A DNA stretch of 64,000 bases from an uncultured Chromatiales bacterium (GCA_964442745.1 CAYUAI010000011.1:4873-68872); one strand, 5' to 3'; positions 20,013-29,816 are shown, numbered from the stretch's first letter. Notes: generated by a model not told the origin, from the letters alone. Made by a program: numbers and translations.

Positions 20013-20290
20013 GGTAAGTTTAAACTGATTTCAGGAAAAATAAACTCGTAGGGTGGATTAAGCGCAGCGAATCCACCCTAAACCCGCCTCGAAAACAAAT
20101 CAATTCCCCCTGGCATTATTCTCATTTCAATGGCCGATTTGAGCATGATGACGTCGCTCATGGTGGAGTGGATTCGCTACGCTTAATCCACACGACATGG
20201 ATAAAAAAAGAGGAAGCGATATTTTTTAATGATTTTTTTGTAAAAAAACGGCATAAAATAACTTTCCCTCTGAAAGCAGTTTAAACTTAC
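20013..20290. mobile_element. MITE-like non-autonomous element (family 1, copy A, about 278 bp)
   Basis: Terminal inverted repeats GGTAAGTTTAAACTGATTTCAGG and CTGAAAGCAGTTTAAACTTAC. Two internal REP-like hairpins in opposite orientation. No ORF. Confidence 0.5.
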
Positions 20291-20438
20291 TATTATCGTA
20301 TAAGTAAAGATTCCCCCCCTAGTCCCAAGTTAACTTTCCACCTTCTGTCGGGTTATTTTTCTCATTCAATTCACCGGACATCTATCCTGACACAGGGGGG
20401 TCTCCCGCCCGTTAACCGAAAGTTATTTTATGCATTTT

Positions 20439-20726
20439 TCATGTGTATTCTCTCGAAAAATAAGTCAGTGGATCAATCACATTGATGCCATTTTTATCGT
20501 AAGAATGTTTTAGATTGGCAACAATTTGGGTGGCGCGTTTAGGTTTAAGGCGTTGGGCATAATATTGAAGTGATTTTGAAAGTGTATCATCACCATACTT
20601 AACTTCGATTAGCTCTTCAATTACGCCTTCTTTAACAATCACAAAATTAACCTCGATAGCATTCGCCAAATCTCGTTGGCTAATTTCCAATGGAAGAAGA
20701 AACTCTTTAGTGATAATCAGTAATTT
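20439..20726 (-). pseudogene. 3' fragment of a DUF4143-type AAA+ ATPase gene (5' end missing)
   Basis: The C-terminal pattern EVNFVIVKEG..IEVKYGDD...SL.YYAQRL...IVANLKHSYDKNGINVIDPLTYF matches the DUF4143 C-terminus. The frame is closed upstream by a stop at 20727, with no N-terminal ATPase core. Confidence 0.45.
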
Positions 20727-20871
20727 CTACATCAAATGGGCCGGATTCACTCCACTTAAAGTAAACCCGATATTGAACATTAATTCTTATATTAAATTCA
20801 TCTTTTCTATCACCAGATAAGCTCTCAAAGCGATTCCCCGGTGGCACTTTAAGTTCGTCTAAATTTAGCAT
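20707..20871 (-). pseudogene. higB: Truncated higB-like toxin gene (HigB/'plasmid maintenance system killer' family), last about 54 codons only
   Basis: Minus-strand translation gives MLNLDELKVPPGNRFESLSGDRKDEFNIRINVQYRVYFKWSESGPFDVEITDYH*, the conserved C-terminal half of HigB. An in-frame TAA lies immediately upstream, and the missing N-terminal region is occupied by MITE copy B. Confidence 0.55.
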
Positions 20872-20899
20872 AGAATCAAGTTGATCAAGCTTTCTCGTT

Positions 20900-21080
20900 G
20901 CGTAAGTTTAAATTGATTTCAGAGAACAATCGATGGGTAGCGTGGATTAAGCGGAGCGAATCCACAAGAAACAAGCCTCGAAAACCAATGAATATACCCT
21001 TGGTCTTGTCCTCATTCAATGCCACACTGGCACATGATTACATTGTTCATCGCTGATGTGGATTCGCTCCGCTTTAATTT
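20900..21080. mobile_element. Truncated MITE-like element (family 1, copy B; left TIR only)
   Basis: Left TIR GTAAGTTTAAATTGATTTCAG plus two REP-like hairpins (20936-20962 and 21055-21078). No right TIR. Confidence 0.45.
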
Positions 21081-21746
21081 TAACACTGGGCATGACCACC
21101 AGCGCTAACGCCACCCCGATTGATCAACTGATTGATCGGGGCAACGGCATGATCTACGACACGCATGAGGATTTGACCTGGCTACAGGATGCCAACTACG
21201 CCCAGACCAGTGGTCTATGATGCCGATGGCCGCATGAACTGGAGTACAGCTACAGACTGGGCAGCTGGCTTGAGTTACGGTGGTTATGACGACTGGCGTT
21301 TGGCCAACGTGACCGACGATGGTAATAATAGCTGTGACTGGGACTACAGTGGCACTGATTGTGGTTACAACGTCGATACCTCCAGTTCTGAACTGGCTTA
21401 CATGTGGTACGACATTCTGGGTAACACACCGTATTCCGACACCAGTGGCAATAGTTCGCAGAGTGGTTGGGGCTTAACTTCTACCTCTGCCGATGGGGTT
21501 GACATTCTGAATCTTCAGCCCTTCCGTTATTGGTCGGGTACGGAGTATGCGTCCATTCCCAATCGCGAGTGGGACTTCCTTACCTGCAATGGCGACCAGA
21601 GCCACCTCAATAAGAATGGTGCGGACTATGCGTGGGCTGTTCGCTCCGGTGATGTCGCCGCTATTGCAGTGCCTGAACCTGGCACCTTCTTGTTGCTGGC
21701 CGTCGGTTTGGCCGGTATTTCAGGTACTAAACAGCGGCGTTGCTGA
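21056..21746 (+). pseudogene. PEP-CTERM-anchored DUF1566 (Lcl C-terminal domain-like) secreted protein, apparently frameshifted near 21200-21225. The ORF track gives only the 21189..21746 portion.
   Basis: The frame from ATG 21056 encodes a signal peptide (MWIRSALILTLGMTTSANA) and the DUF1566-like DLTWLQDANYAQTSG, then stops at 21218-21220. The +1 frame continues with MNWSTATDWAAGL...DDWRLANV and ends in a PEP-CTERM sorting signal (VPEPGTFLLLAVGLAGISGTKQRR). The first 8 codons derive from the REP hairpin of MITE B. Confidence 0.45.
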
Positions 21747-21839
21747 TTGCTTTGACCCTTAGAGGGGGAGCAGGGGGAGCCTTCCCCCTGCTCATGCCCG
21801 ATAGGGCATGACGGATTTTTTTTACACTGAGTCTGGTTT

Positions 21840-22085
21840 ATGGCACGTTACGAACATCTGCCAATTTACAAACAAGCCATGGACGTGGCTGTGTACTTTG
21901 AAAAAGTGGTGGCGGGTTTTTCCCGCTATCACAAATACACCCTTGGCACTGAGCTGCGCAACAAAAGCCGCGAAGTAGTAACGTTGATCGTCAAGGCCAA
22001 TGGTGAGCGTAATAAACGACCACTGTTGCTGGAATTGCGCGCTTGTTTGGATGAGCTATTGATGCTGGTTCGTTTAGCGATTTAA
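21840..22085 (+). CDS. Hypothetical small protein, possibly a four-helix-bundle (23S rRNA IVS protein-like) family member
   Basis: 81 aa. The helix pattern LPIYKQAMDVAVYFEKVV...FSRYHKYTLGTELRNKSREVV loosely resembles TIGR02436-like proteins. Weak. Confidence 0.3.
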   Translation: MARYEHLPIYKQAMDVAVYFEKVVAGFSRYHKYTLGTELRNKSREVVTLIVKANGERNKRPLLLELRACLDELLMLVRLAI

Positions 22086-22118
22086 CCACTACTAACAGGC
22101 AAATGATGGGTGCTCGTT

Positions 22119-22616
22119 TTATTCTTCTAAAGGGTAAGTTATACTACTGCTATGGTCCGCACCATCTGCTGATTTAAATAAAATTGTTATGAAATAGTTG
22201 TCTTCTACCCCTAGATCATAACCAGCCAAATACCAATCACCTAGTTCCATCATTGTTTTTGATTTTGTCGCCCCGTTTAGGTGAGCGACTTTAGCAATGA
22301 CTGATAAATTATGTTGTGCTCGACCATTGCGTTTAATGTTGACCAATAAATTGTGACTACCACCATCGGCCACGCTATCTTTTGCATCAACAACCTTTAA
22401 TTTAAAATCAAGATCACCGATTATTTTTTTTTGAATCAATGTCCCATGTATTTCATTTTCATCGGTGGTATTTTTTATTTGTTGATCGCTCACAACGTTG
22501 GCGCTATGCTCTTGAGGCTTAGTGAAACTCCCCGCCCCCCCGTGGTTACCACCCGCCATCGCCAAAGACATACTGATGGCAAAAAAAACACCTAAATACC
22601 AGATACTAAGCTTCAT
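22119..22616 (-). CDS. Hypothetical secreted protein
   Basis: Signal peptide MKLSIWYLGVFFAISMSLAMA. No confident domain. Confidence 0.45.
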   Translation of the reverse strand: MKLSIWYLGVFFAISMSLAMAGGNHGGAGSFTKPQEHSANVVSDQQIKNTTDENEIHGTLIQKKIIGDLDFKLKVVDAKDSVADGGSHNLLVNIKRNGRAQHNLSVIAKVAHLNGATKSKTMMELGDWYLAGYDLGVEDNYFITILFKSADGADHSSSITYPLEE

Positions 22617-22782
22617 ATTATGTTCAACACCTGTAGTTTTCTAGATAATAAAATCCATTTTGTACAACTGTTAACAGGCCATCTTAGCCCACCAAAAGAC
22701 ACAACACCATCTACCCACCGGACCATCAATCAGAACCTACTATACATGCACCTTAGTTTGTATAAAAATTCATGTTTGTAGG

Positions 22783-22890
22783 GCGACTCAGGACGACGAA
22801 AGGGATTTAGGAGGTAGAATAACGCATAGAGCAGCTATCGAGACAAAACCGAGCGCTAAAGCCGTGGCCGAATGGCCGGGCAGTCCTGAT
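22783..22890. repeat. Dispersed repeat family 2 copy (inverted relative to the copy at 28475-28582)
   Basis: About 80 bp near-identical to the reverse complement of 28500-28582 (…GGACGAC..AAGGGATTTAGGAGGTAGAATAACGCAT.GAGCAG.TATCGAGACAAA.CCGAGCGCTAAA…). Confidence 0.45.
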
Positions 22891-22969
22891 TCAGCATTCG
22901 ACTATCTTTCGTCATCGTGTGTTCTCTCCTTTATTTTTTGTTCCCCATAAAAATCGCGGCCTCGTTGCC

Positions 22970-24238
22970 TCAAAACCCCCGTAGTTGCATGGCTTGATTA
23001 ACCCGTCCAATCGCTAGCTCATAGGCGGCAGTACGCCTGTCAACCTGGCGCTCCTGCGCTAGCGCACCTACGGTTTGATAAGCATGAAAAAGTCGATTTT
23101 CTAAACGCTTCAAGACAGTTTCACGATCCCAGGGAAACTGCTGAAGGTTTTGCACCCACTCATAATAAGAAACCAATACACCGCCCACGTTAGCCAACAA
23201 ATCCGGCACAATGACAACGCCACGTTGTTGCAATTGCTCATCCGCTTGGTGAGTTATCGGCATATTCGCCGCTTCCACAATCAGCTTGGCCTGAATCGCT
23301 TCCGCATTGTCACAGGTAATGCTCGCCTCCAGTGCCGCAGGAATCAGTATTTCACAGGAAAGTCCAAGCAATTCGGTGTTACTCACTGGCGAAGTGCCAA
23401 CCAATCCTGACAATCCACCCGTCTCACGTACATGCGCTAAAGCAACCGCCACCGAAATCCCCTGCTCAGAAAAAACACCTCCCTGGGAGCCTGAGAGTGC
23501 GATAATTTTATAGCCCTTGTTAGCCAAACCAATGGCTGCGTGAGAGCCTACGTTACCAAACCCGTGAATCACTACCCGGCTCTGCTCGGGGATGAGTGAC
23601 ATTTCTGCGGCGGCTTTGTCGGCCAGGTAGGCAACGCCATAGCCGGTTGCCTCCAACCTCCCGGCACAACCACCGAGCTCTACCGGTTTTCCCGTCACGA
23701 TGGCCGTTCTAAAGCCGTGATTTTTACTGTATTCATCTAGCATCCACGCCATTACCTGTGGGTTGGTACCGATATCCGGAGCAAGAATATCATCATGCAC
23801 CCCGATAATAGGTGCCATTTTTTGGCAGAACCGCTTGGAAAGCTCCTCCCGCTCGGTATCATTCAAGTGCTTCGGATCAACGGCAATCCCCCCTTTGGCC
23901 CCTCCGAAGGGAATATCAACTAACGCTGTTTTCCAGGTCATCAATTGTGCCAGCGCCCGTATCTCACCCATGTTGACATCAATATGAAAACGTAGCCCCC
24001 CTTTGAACGGTCCACGGGCATGATTGTGTTGCACACGGTAACCCTGAAAGGTGTGGAGCTTATTTTCACCATTGTGTCTCAGGGTGACGGGCACCGTAAT
24101 CCGCATCTCCCGAAACGACGACAGCAGCAACGTTTGCTGCGCTTCCTGCAGCTTAAGGCAATCAAATGCCCGATTGAGAAAATGGTGCTGGGTTTCCTGA
24201 CAGATACATTTTTTATTCATTAAATTCGGCTCCCCCAC
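22970..24238 (-). CDS. gdh: Glu/Leu/Phe/Val dehydrogenase family, probable NAD(P)-dependent glutamate dehydrogenase
   Basis: GGAKGG catalytic-lysine motif (FGGAKGGIAVDP) and a Rossmann GFGNVG motif. Size about 420 aa. Confidence 0.85.
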   Translation of the reverse strand: MGEPNLMNKKCICQETQHHFLNRAFDCLKLQEAQQTLLLSSFREMRITVPVTLRHNGENKLHTFQGYRVQHNHARGPFKGGLRFHIDVNMGEIRALAQLMTWKTALVDIPFGGAKGGIAVDPKHLNDTEREELSKRFCQKMAPIIGVHDDILAPDIGTNPQVMAWMLDEYSKNHGFRTAIVTGKPVELGGCAGRLEATGYGVAYLADKAAAEMSLIPEQSRVVIHGFGNVGSHAAIGLANKGYKIIALSGSQGGVFSEQGISVAVALAHVRETGGLSGLVGTSPVSNTELLGLSCEILIPAALEASITCDNAEAIQAKLIVEAANMPITHQADEQLQQRGVVIVPDLLANVGGVLVSYYEWVQNLQQFPWDRETVLKRLENRLFHAYQTVGALAQERQVDRRTAAYELAIGRVNQAMQLRGF

Positions 24239-24463
24239 TATACTATACCCCTAGCGTTTGAGATTTAGGCTTTATTGCGGCCCTATTTTTGCCCTGACTG
24301 TGTTGAAACTCCTCGCAATAATCCCGCGATATTACTTGTCGTTTCGCCTAGTCAGGACACAAATATGTCTCGCACTCAATACCTAAATCTCAAACGCTAC
24401 GAGTATATACTCAAAAATAATCAACGATGACACTGATTTCAAGCATCATCCTTCCATATTTGA

Positions 24464-25258
24464 TTACAAGCCATGGGCCGCGTCCCGTCGAGCCAATGAA
24501 TCTTGCCGATAAAACAACTGCAGTTGTTGGTAAACATCGGGACAATGTTGCTGGAGAATGCTGGGTGCCGTGAAAAAATATTCACTCACAACGGCAAAAA
24601 ACTCCGCCGGACTCGTGGCACCATAAGCATTAATACGTGAATGCCGGCGATAGGCTACCTGGTACTGCAAAATATCAAAGGCCTCCCCCAGAACTTGAGC
24701 CCAACCCTCAGTTTTCATACGCGTATGCAATGGGGGTAATCCGTTAGCACTGCCGTTAAGTCCATCCAGCTTGTGAGCAAATTCATGTATCACCACGTTA
24801 TGACCAGCCTGTGACGAATTTAATTCTTGTTCGATATCCTCCCATGAGAGAATAACCGGTCCCCGCAACCAAGACTCTCCGCTGACGGCCTGTGATTCAT
24901 TGCTGATTAATCCCAACGGGTCAGCCTGCTCGTGAGCCACCTGAAATGCGCTCGGATAGAGGATGATTTCAATCCAATTGCGGTAATAGTCAAAACCCAG
25001 CTTTAGAATGAGTAACGAGGCTTGGGCCGCAATCGTTACCGCCATTTCCGGTGATACGACCAATCCTTGCACACCATTGATTGTCTTTTGATGAAGGAAT
25101 CGCGTCGCTAATTCACGTAAGTGCGCTTTTTCTACCGCACTCAAGCCCCGCAATAAATCCATCTCGTGTGTTACTTTTTTCCACTGTTCGTAAGCAATGG
25201 GATGATGCTTAAGCACATAGCCGATACGCTGACGGTTAAGCCATTTCATCATCCTCAC
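24464..25258 (-). CDS. mtfA: MtfA-like zinc-dependent peptidase (Mlc titration factor A family, M90)
   Basis: HEFAHKLD HExxH motif; length and overall conservation are typical of MtfA. Confidence 0.75.
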   Translation of the reverse strand: MRMMKWLNRQRIGYVLKHHPIAYEQWKKVTHEMDLLRGLSAVEKAHLRELATRFLHQKTINGVQGLVVSPEMAVTIAAQASLLILKLGFDYYRNWIEIILYPSAFQVAHEQADPLGLISNESQAVSGESWLRGPVILSWEDIEQELNSSQAGHNVVIHEFAHKLDGLNGSANGLPPLHTRMKTEGWAQVLGEAFDILQYQVAYRRHSRINAYGATSPAEFFAVVSEYFFTAPSILQQHCPDVYQQLQLFYRQDSLARRDAAHGL

Positions 25259-25345
25259 GACTTATCTTCCACCTTGAAGCCTGAGACATGGTCGAGCCGA
25301 TTGTATCTACCGTTCCGCGGTTGTCTTATTGAGGGCAGCCTCACG

Positions 25346-26032
25346 TTATTTCCGCCAGGTAAAGTGTTCATAAACCCCCGACCAATACATACCAAAGCCG
25401 ATGGCGAACAATAATTCCTCGATTGGCATGAAACCAACACTCACTCCAGAGAGCACTTCCATATTCCAGACTCGATCGATATAACCCGGTGCCGTCCACT
25501 CTAATCCGGCGAGAAACACCGCGTAATAGATTAAAAAGAGCAAGCCTCCTACCCAGGTTTTGCGTTTTAGATCTGGCCGACAAAGTAGGGTGGCTATGGC
25601 CCCAACAAACATGGCGATGATCGAGGGATAAATCGGGTTCCAAGGAAAAAAATAGAGCATAACAAAAACCACGAAAGGAGAACTCAATGCGAGATAATGG
25701 TAACGATGCAGTGGATGGTTGCGCTCACAGGGAGTGATAGGTCGAAGCATTTTTTGGGTAAGCAAGTTATAAAAAACAGCGGCAATTCCCCCAATGCCAA
25801 AGCAAAAAATCAGACTCTCAATATCAAACCCTGTATTTTTAGCCAAATTAAACAAGCTCGGTGGCATCCAATATTCTGGTACAAATAAAGGTTCAGATAA
25901 ACCGAAAGGGGTGGTAAATAAACTGGCCCATAACATGGGACGCCGATATTGAGGAAATGCAATATACACAAGCGCCCAGGGGACAAGAAACGCGCTTGAC
26001 CACAGTAACCAGACATATTGATCAGTCATCAA
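25346..26032 (-). CDS. Integral membrane protein of unknown function (multi-TM)
   Basis: About 7 hydrophobic helices. No confident family assignment. Confidence 0.45.
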   Translation of the reverse strand: MMTDQYVWLLWSSAFLVPWALVYIAFPQYRRPMLWASLFTTPFGLSEPLFVPEYWMPPSLFNLAKNTGFDIESLIFCFGIGGIAAVFYNLLTQKMLRPITPCERNHPLHRYHYLALSSPFVVFVMLYFFPWNPIYPSIIAMFVGAIATLLCRPDLKRKTWVGGLLFLIYYAVFLAGLEWTAPGYIDRVWNMEVLSGVSVGFMPIEELLFAIGFGMYWSGVYEHFTWRK

Positions 26033-26524
26033 CTTAGGAGTGCTCCCAGGGTTGTTTTAAAATACAATTTCTGCTGACAGCAGTCGCCGCCGAGGAACGC
26101 AAGAAGAGCGACTATTGTGAATGAAAGTATAACACGCCGCGATATAAACAGCATTATTCTCTACGCTGGCTGTTGCAGCCCTGTTGTCGCCTTTACAATA
26201 TTTGTAAAAAAACGCCCATCAGACGAATGTTAGGAATGGGCGAGGCAATCAATCTCCGATTCATTGGTTAAATTTTACCCACACCCGTTCGCTCTGATGA
26301 CCGACAAGAAAGTAGGCACCAACAGTCGGCCCTTTAGGCGAAACCGAGGACTGATTACTCGCCCATTCCCAAGCGAATCAGCGGGCAATTTTACTGGCTA
26401 ATACGCACCCACCAAATGCCGGTTTCTTGTTTATCTCATTCAAAACTCAAGGTGAAAATTAATACGTCGATAATATTTATCTTGATGATACTCCGGGTTG
26501 CTTTTGATACGTGAGAATTGAACG

Positions 26525-28333
26525 ATGACATATGAAACATTTGATCTATTTGCGACTAACCTCAAACCAGATGCCGATGTAGAGCAAGTAAAAAATAGTC
26601 TAGCCAAGCACTTTAAAACATCGCCTGACAAACTAGATATTTTTTTTCAACGTTTAATCGATACTAAAGAGCCCGAAAAAATTCAAAAAAAATTAAGCCT
26701 CGATGTCGCACAAAAAAACAAAGAAATTATTGAAAAGCTGGGGCTTTTTTGCGATATCAAACCTTCGCTAGCATTAGCATCAATAATGCCCGAAGGCGCG
26801 AGCTATCAATGTCCCGCTTGTGGACATCGACAAAATCCGTCAGTCAGTAATCCGGATGTTTGCAAGATTTGTGGTGTTGTCGGCAGTAAATACCTAGATA
26901 AGGACAGCGACAAAAAGATTTTAAAGCGAGAAATGCAAAGACACCATCGCATGAAGAAGATTCGTGAGCAATGCCAGCAAAGTCAAAATGAAATCAATAA
27001 TCGGGAAAATAAAATTAAGGAGATTCGTGAACAACTAGAAAAAAAAGACCGAAAAGCAATAGCGCACCCATTGGCACTAGGATCGATAGCTGTTATCGCT
27101 TGCGGCATGTTGGCATTGCAATTTTACAATGAATACGCGACCGTTACTCCGGATGGGGCTGAGGTAAAATCAGCTTCAGTACAAGCCTCTATTGATGCAA
27201 GTCCAAAAGATTCAACAACGATGGTATCCGGGTTAACACAGGATCAAACAGTGGCAAAAATCGATCAACTGCAACAGGCATTGCCATCCATTGACGACTA
27301 CCCATCGTCAAATCAAGAGTTCTTAGCAAGCGCAAAGGCGCTGAGTGCCACAGGTGCATCATATCCTCCGGTCAGCTCTTCCATTGAGCCATCCCAGGTC
27401 ACGACCGATGCACAAGTTCAATTAAATTCGATAAACGAATTGTCCAACGCATCTGATATGAAGTTGAATACAGATGGAGCACCACTAATGCACTCGGACA
27501 TGAGCAACGTTGCCGACAAGAATTCGTCAGACAACTTGATGGAACAGAATGTTTTGATGGCTAAAAATCAGAATTTACAGGCTCAAATCAGTCATGATGC
27601 AGCGAGTATTCAAAATAATGACGTCGATCAACCAGAAAATGTGACTGAATCCATTGACAGCGCTCACCAGCGTATCCTCGCACTCATTAACATTTCCCGT
27701 GAAAAACTAACATTAGGTGACCCGGCGGGCGCTGAGTCTGTTTTGAATAAAGCCGAGCAAACTGCAGACACAATCATTTCACCCATTGAGCAGATCAAAT
27801 CCTACGGATTAATCGCCACTGCATTCAGTGAATTACAGGATAAATCTAATGCTCAAAGGGTGTTTGATACAGCGCTAGTATATGCTAATCGCCTAGCGGA
27901 CCCTGTCGATAAGGTTTCTTCCTTGACAATCGTCGGTGGGCATCAAGCAGCTAGTGGTAACAAGGAAGCGGCACGAAAAAGTTTCGAGTTAGCGCAAAAT
28001 TTTGCCACCAAAAATATCGTCAACCCAGAAGTACGAAATACCGCGTATCAGGTCATCGCGCTGAGTCGAGCAATTACTGCCGATTTTCAAGAAGCATTAA
28101 AAGTTGCCGATAAAATCACGCGGCCACTCATGCGCACCGATATCATAAAGAAACTTGCCGATATTCAGTTTTATTTAGGAAAAAAAGACGAGGCGAAGCG
28201 CACTTATTCATACGCCTTGAAAAATAGCGTGCATATCCCCGACGTTTCACAGAGAAGGGGCATGCTTGATAGGATCATTGCAGCGCTTGAGAATGTGGAC
28301 GCTCAAACGCCACCCTCCGTCGTTGGCCGCTAG
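26525..28333 (+). CDS. Hypothetical membrane-anchored protein with a C4 zinc-ribbon, coiled coil, single TM and C-terminal alpha-solenoid (TPR/HEAT-like) region
   Basis: CPACGH...CKICG zinc ribbon, a K/E/R-rich coiled-coil, the TM helix IAHPLALGSIAVIACGMLAL, an S/T/Q-rich linker and helical repeats at the C-terminus. Confidence 0.5.
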   Translation: MTYETFDLFATNLKPDADVEQVKNSLAKHFKTSPDKLDIFFQRLIDTKEPEKIQKKLSLDVAQKNKEIIEKLGLFCDIKPSLALASIMPEGASYQCPACGHRQNPSVSNPDVCKICGVVGSKYLDKDSDKKILKREMQRHHRMKKIREQCQQSQNEINNRENKIKEIREQLEKKDRKAIAHPLALGSIAVIACGMLALQFYNEYATVTPDGAEVKSASVQASIDASPKDSTTMVSGLTQDQTVAKIDQLQQALPSIDDYPSSNQEFLASAKALSATGASYPPVSSSIEPSQVTTDAQVQLNSINELSNASDMKLNTDGAPLMHSDMSNVADKNSSDNLMEQNVLMAKNQNLQAQISHDAASIQNNDVDQPENVTESIDSAHQRILALINISREKLTLGDPAGAESVLNKAEQTADTIISPIEQIKSYGLIATAFSELQDKSNAQRVFDTALVYANRLADPVDKVSSLTIVGGHQAASGNKEAARKSFELAQNFATKNIVNPEVRNTAYQVIALSRAITADFQEALKVADKITRPLMRTDIIKKLADIQFYLGKKDEAKRTYSYALKNSVHIPDVSQRRGMLDRIIAALENVDAQTPPSVVGR

Positions 28334-28474
28334 CTTTAAATGGAATGGGGGGTCAATAACAGAATAATTTCTCTATAATAGCTCCTAAATGATGCATGAT
28401 CGAATCATGTTCTGCTCATTTTGCAACGACTGTGCATTTTTAGACATGGGTACGGTACATAAAAAGAACCCAGT

Positions 28475-28582
28475 GAGGAATGGGTATGGAATAACTTCCC
28501 GGTTTAGCGCTCGGCTTTGTCTCGATAACTGCTCCATGCGTTATTCTACCTCCTAAATCCCTTGAGTCGTCCTGAGTTGCCT
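28475..28582. repeat. Dispersed repeat family 2 copy
   Basis: Starts with GAGGAATGGGTATGGAATAACTTCCCGG, the same end as 51947. The internal part matches the inverted copy at 22783. Confidence 0.45.
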
Positions 28583-28586
28583 ATTC

Positions 28587-29816
28587 CTAAACTCTTTTCA
28601 AATAACTTAGCCGCCTGTCACGGAAAGCCACATCGTAGGCTTGCAGCAATTTCGGCACCTCGTATTTCCATTCCAACTCATTAACGACACGATTTCTACC
28701 GAATTCCCCCATCGACTTTCTGCGCACAGGGTCATCAATCAAAGCAATAATTTTTTTTGCCATATCAATTTCATCGTTTTTATTGGCATATAATGAAGCT
28801 TGTTTTGCTGAATATCGCCCTTCTGTTAAGTCAAATTGCACAATCGGTTTACTTAACGCCATATATTCCATGATCTTATTCATCGTGGACTTATCATTCA
28901 TTTCATTGGCAACATCTGGGTTAACGCACACATCAGCGGTATTTAACATCGCTAATAGCACACTATCGGGCACCCGACCAGTAAATGTCACATAGTCGGC
29001 CACTCCCAACGTTTTAGCATAATCGATCATCGTCTTTAATTCGGTGCCGCCACCAACTAGTCCAAATTGAATATCCGTTCGCCCCAACTCATCAACAATA
29101 TACTGTACCGAGCGAAGTAAATAATCAATACCTTCCTGTTTACCCATCACTCCAACGTAACCAACGAGATAATCACGCCCGTTCTTCAATACGGGCACCG
29201 CGGGCAATATTCGCAAGCGATCGAGCTGTGGTCCACTACGTACCACAAAAACTTTATCAGGGTCCATGCCACCTCGCTCGATGGCTATTTTTTTATAAGA
29301 CTCATTGGTGGCAATAGAAACCACCGCCACTTTAAATGTCCAGCGCTCCCACAATCGCATCAATTTATAAAAAATATCACGTCGGTTAAACTTAGCTTCG
29401 TATAGCTCTGGATTAATGTCATGATGATCAAAAATAAATTTTTTACCAAACAAACGAAAAAATGCCCCAATCAAAAAAATATTATCAGGTGGATTGCAAG
29501 CATGTATCACATCAAATCCACGCGTCAACAACACCCGCCAAGCTAACACAAACTCCCAAAACAGTGCCGCCGAATATTCAAATAAATAGCCCACGGCACC
29601 ATCGGCTTCAACGGGTAAAGCATGGCGATAAATATGAATACCATCAATGACCTCATATTTTTTCTCATAGCCTTTTCCGGTCGGACAGATAATACTCACC
29701 TGATATCCGTTTTCATATAACGTCATGGCTTCTTGCCAAACTCGCCGATCAAATGGACTTGGCAAATTTTCAACAATCATCAAGACCCTTCGATCATTAC
29801 CAGCAGATGCCATCAT
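28587..29816 (-). CDS. Glycosyltransferase family 4 (GT-B, EPS biosynthesis)
   Basis: GT4-like C-terminal domain with the E-x7-E region. Its start overlaps the ugd-like gene stop by 20 bp. Confidence 0.75.
   Translation of the reverse strand: MMASAGNDRRVLMIVENLPSPFDRRVWQEAMTLYENGYQVSIICPTGKGYEKKYEVIDGIHIYRHALPVEADGAVGYLFEYSAALFWEFVLAWRVLLTRGFDVIHACNPPDNIFLIGAFFRLFGKKFIFDHHDINPELYEAKFNRRDIFYKLMRLWERWTFKVAVVSIATNESYKKIAIERGGMDPDKVFVVRSGPQLDRLRILPAVPVLKNGRDYLVGYVGVMGKQEGIDYLLRSVQYIVDELGRTDIQFGLVGGGTELKTMIDYAKTLGVADYVTFTGRVPDSVLLAMLNTADVCVNPDVANEMNDKSTMNKIMEYMALSKPIVQFDLTEGRYSAKQASLYANKNDEIDMAKKIIALIDDPVRRKSMGEFGRNRVVNELEWKYEVPKLLQAYDVAFRDRRLSYLKRV

Noticed and set aside
20439-20690. The small ORF downstream of the higB fragment was considered as a cognate HigA (XRE-HTH) antitoxin.
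   Set aside because: The sequence lacks an HTH pattern and instead matches the C-terminal signature of DUF4143 AAA+ ATPases (EVNFVI…IEVKY…). It is treated as an ATPase gene fragment.
21840-22085. Considered the 81-aa ORF as a defense-associated small protein adjacent to the island.
   Set aside because: Only weak resemblance to four-helix-bundle (rRNA IVS) proteins. There is no basis for a defense role, so it is kept as a low-confidence hypothetical CDS.
25346-26032. Considered a lycopene-cyclase-domain or carotenoid-related annotation for the 228-aa membrane protein.
   Set aside because: No diagnostic motif could be recalled with confidence, so it is left as a membrane protein of unknown function.
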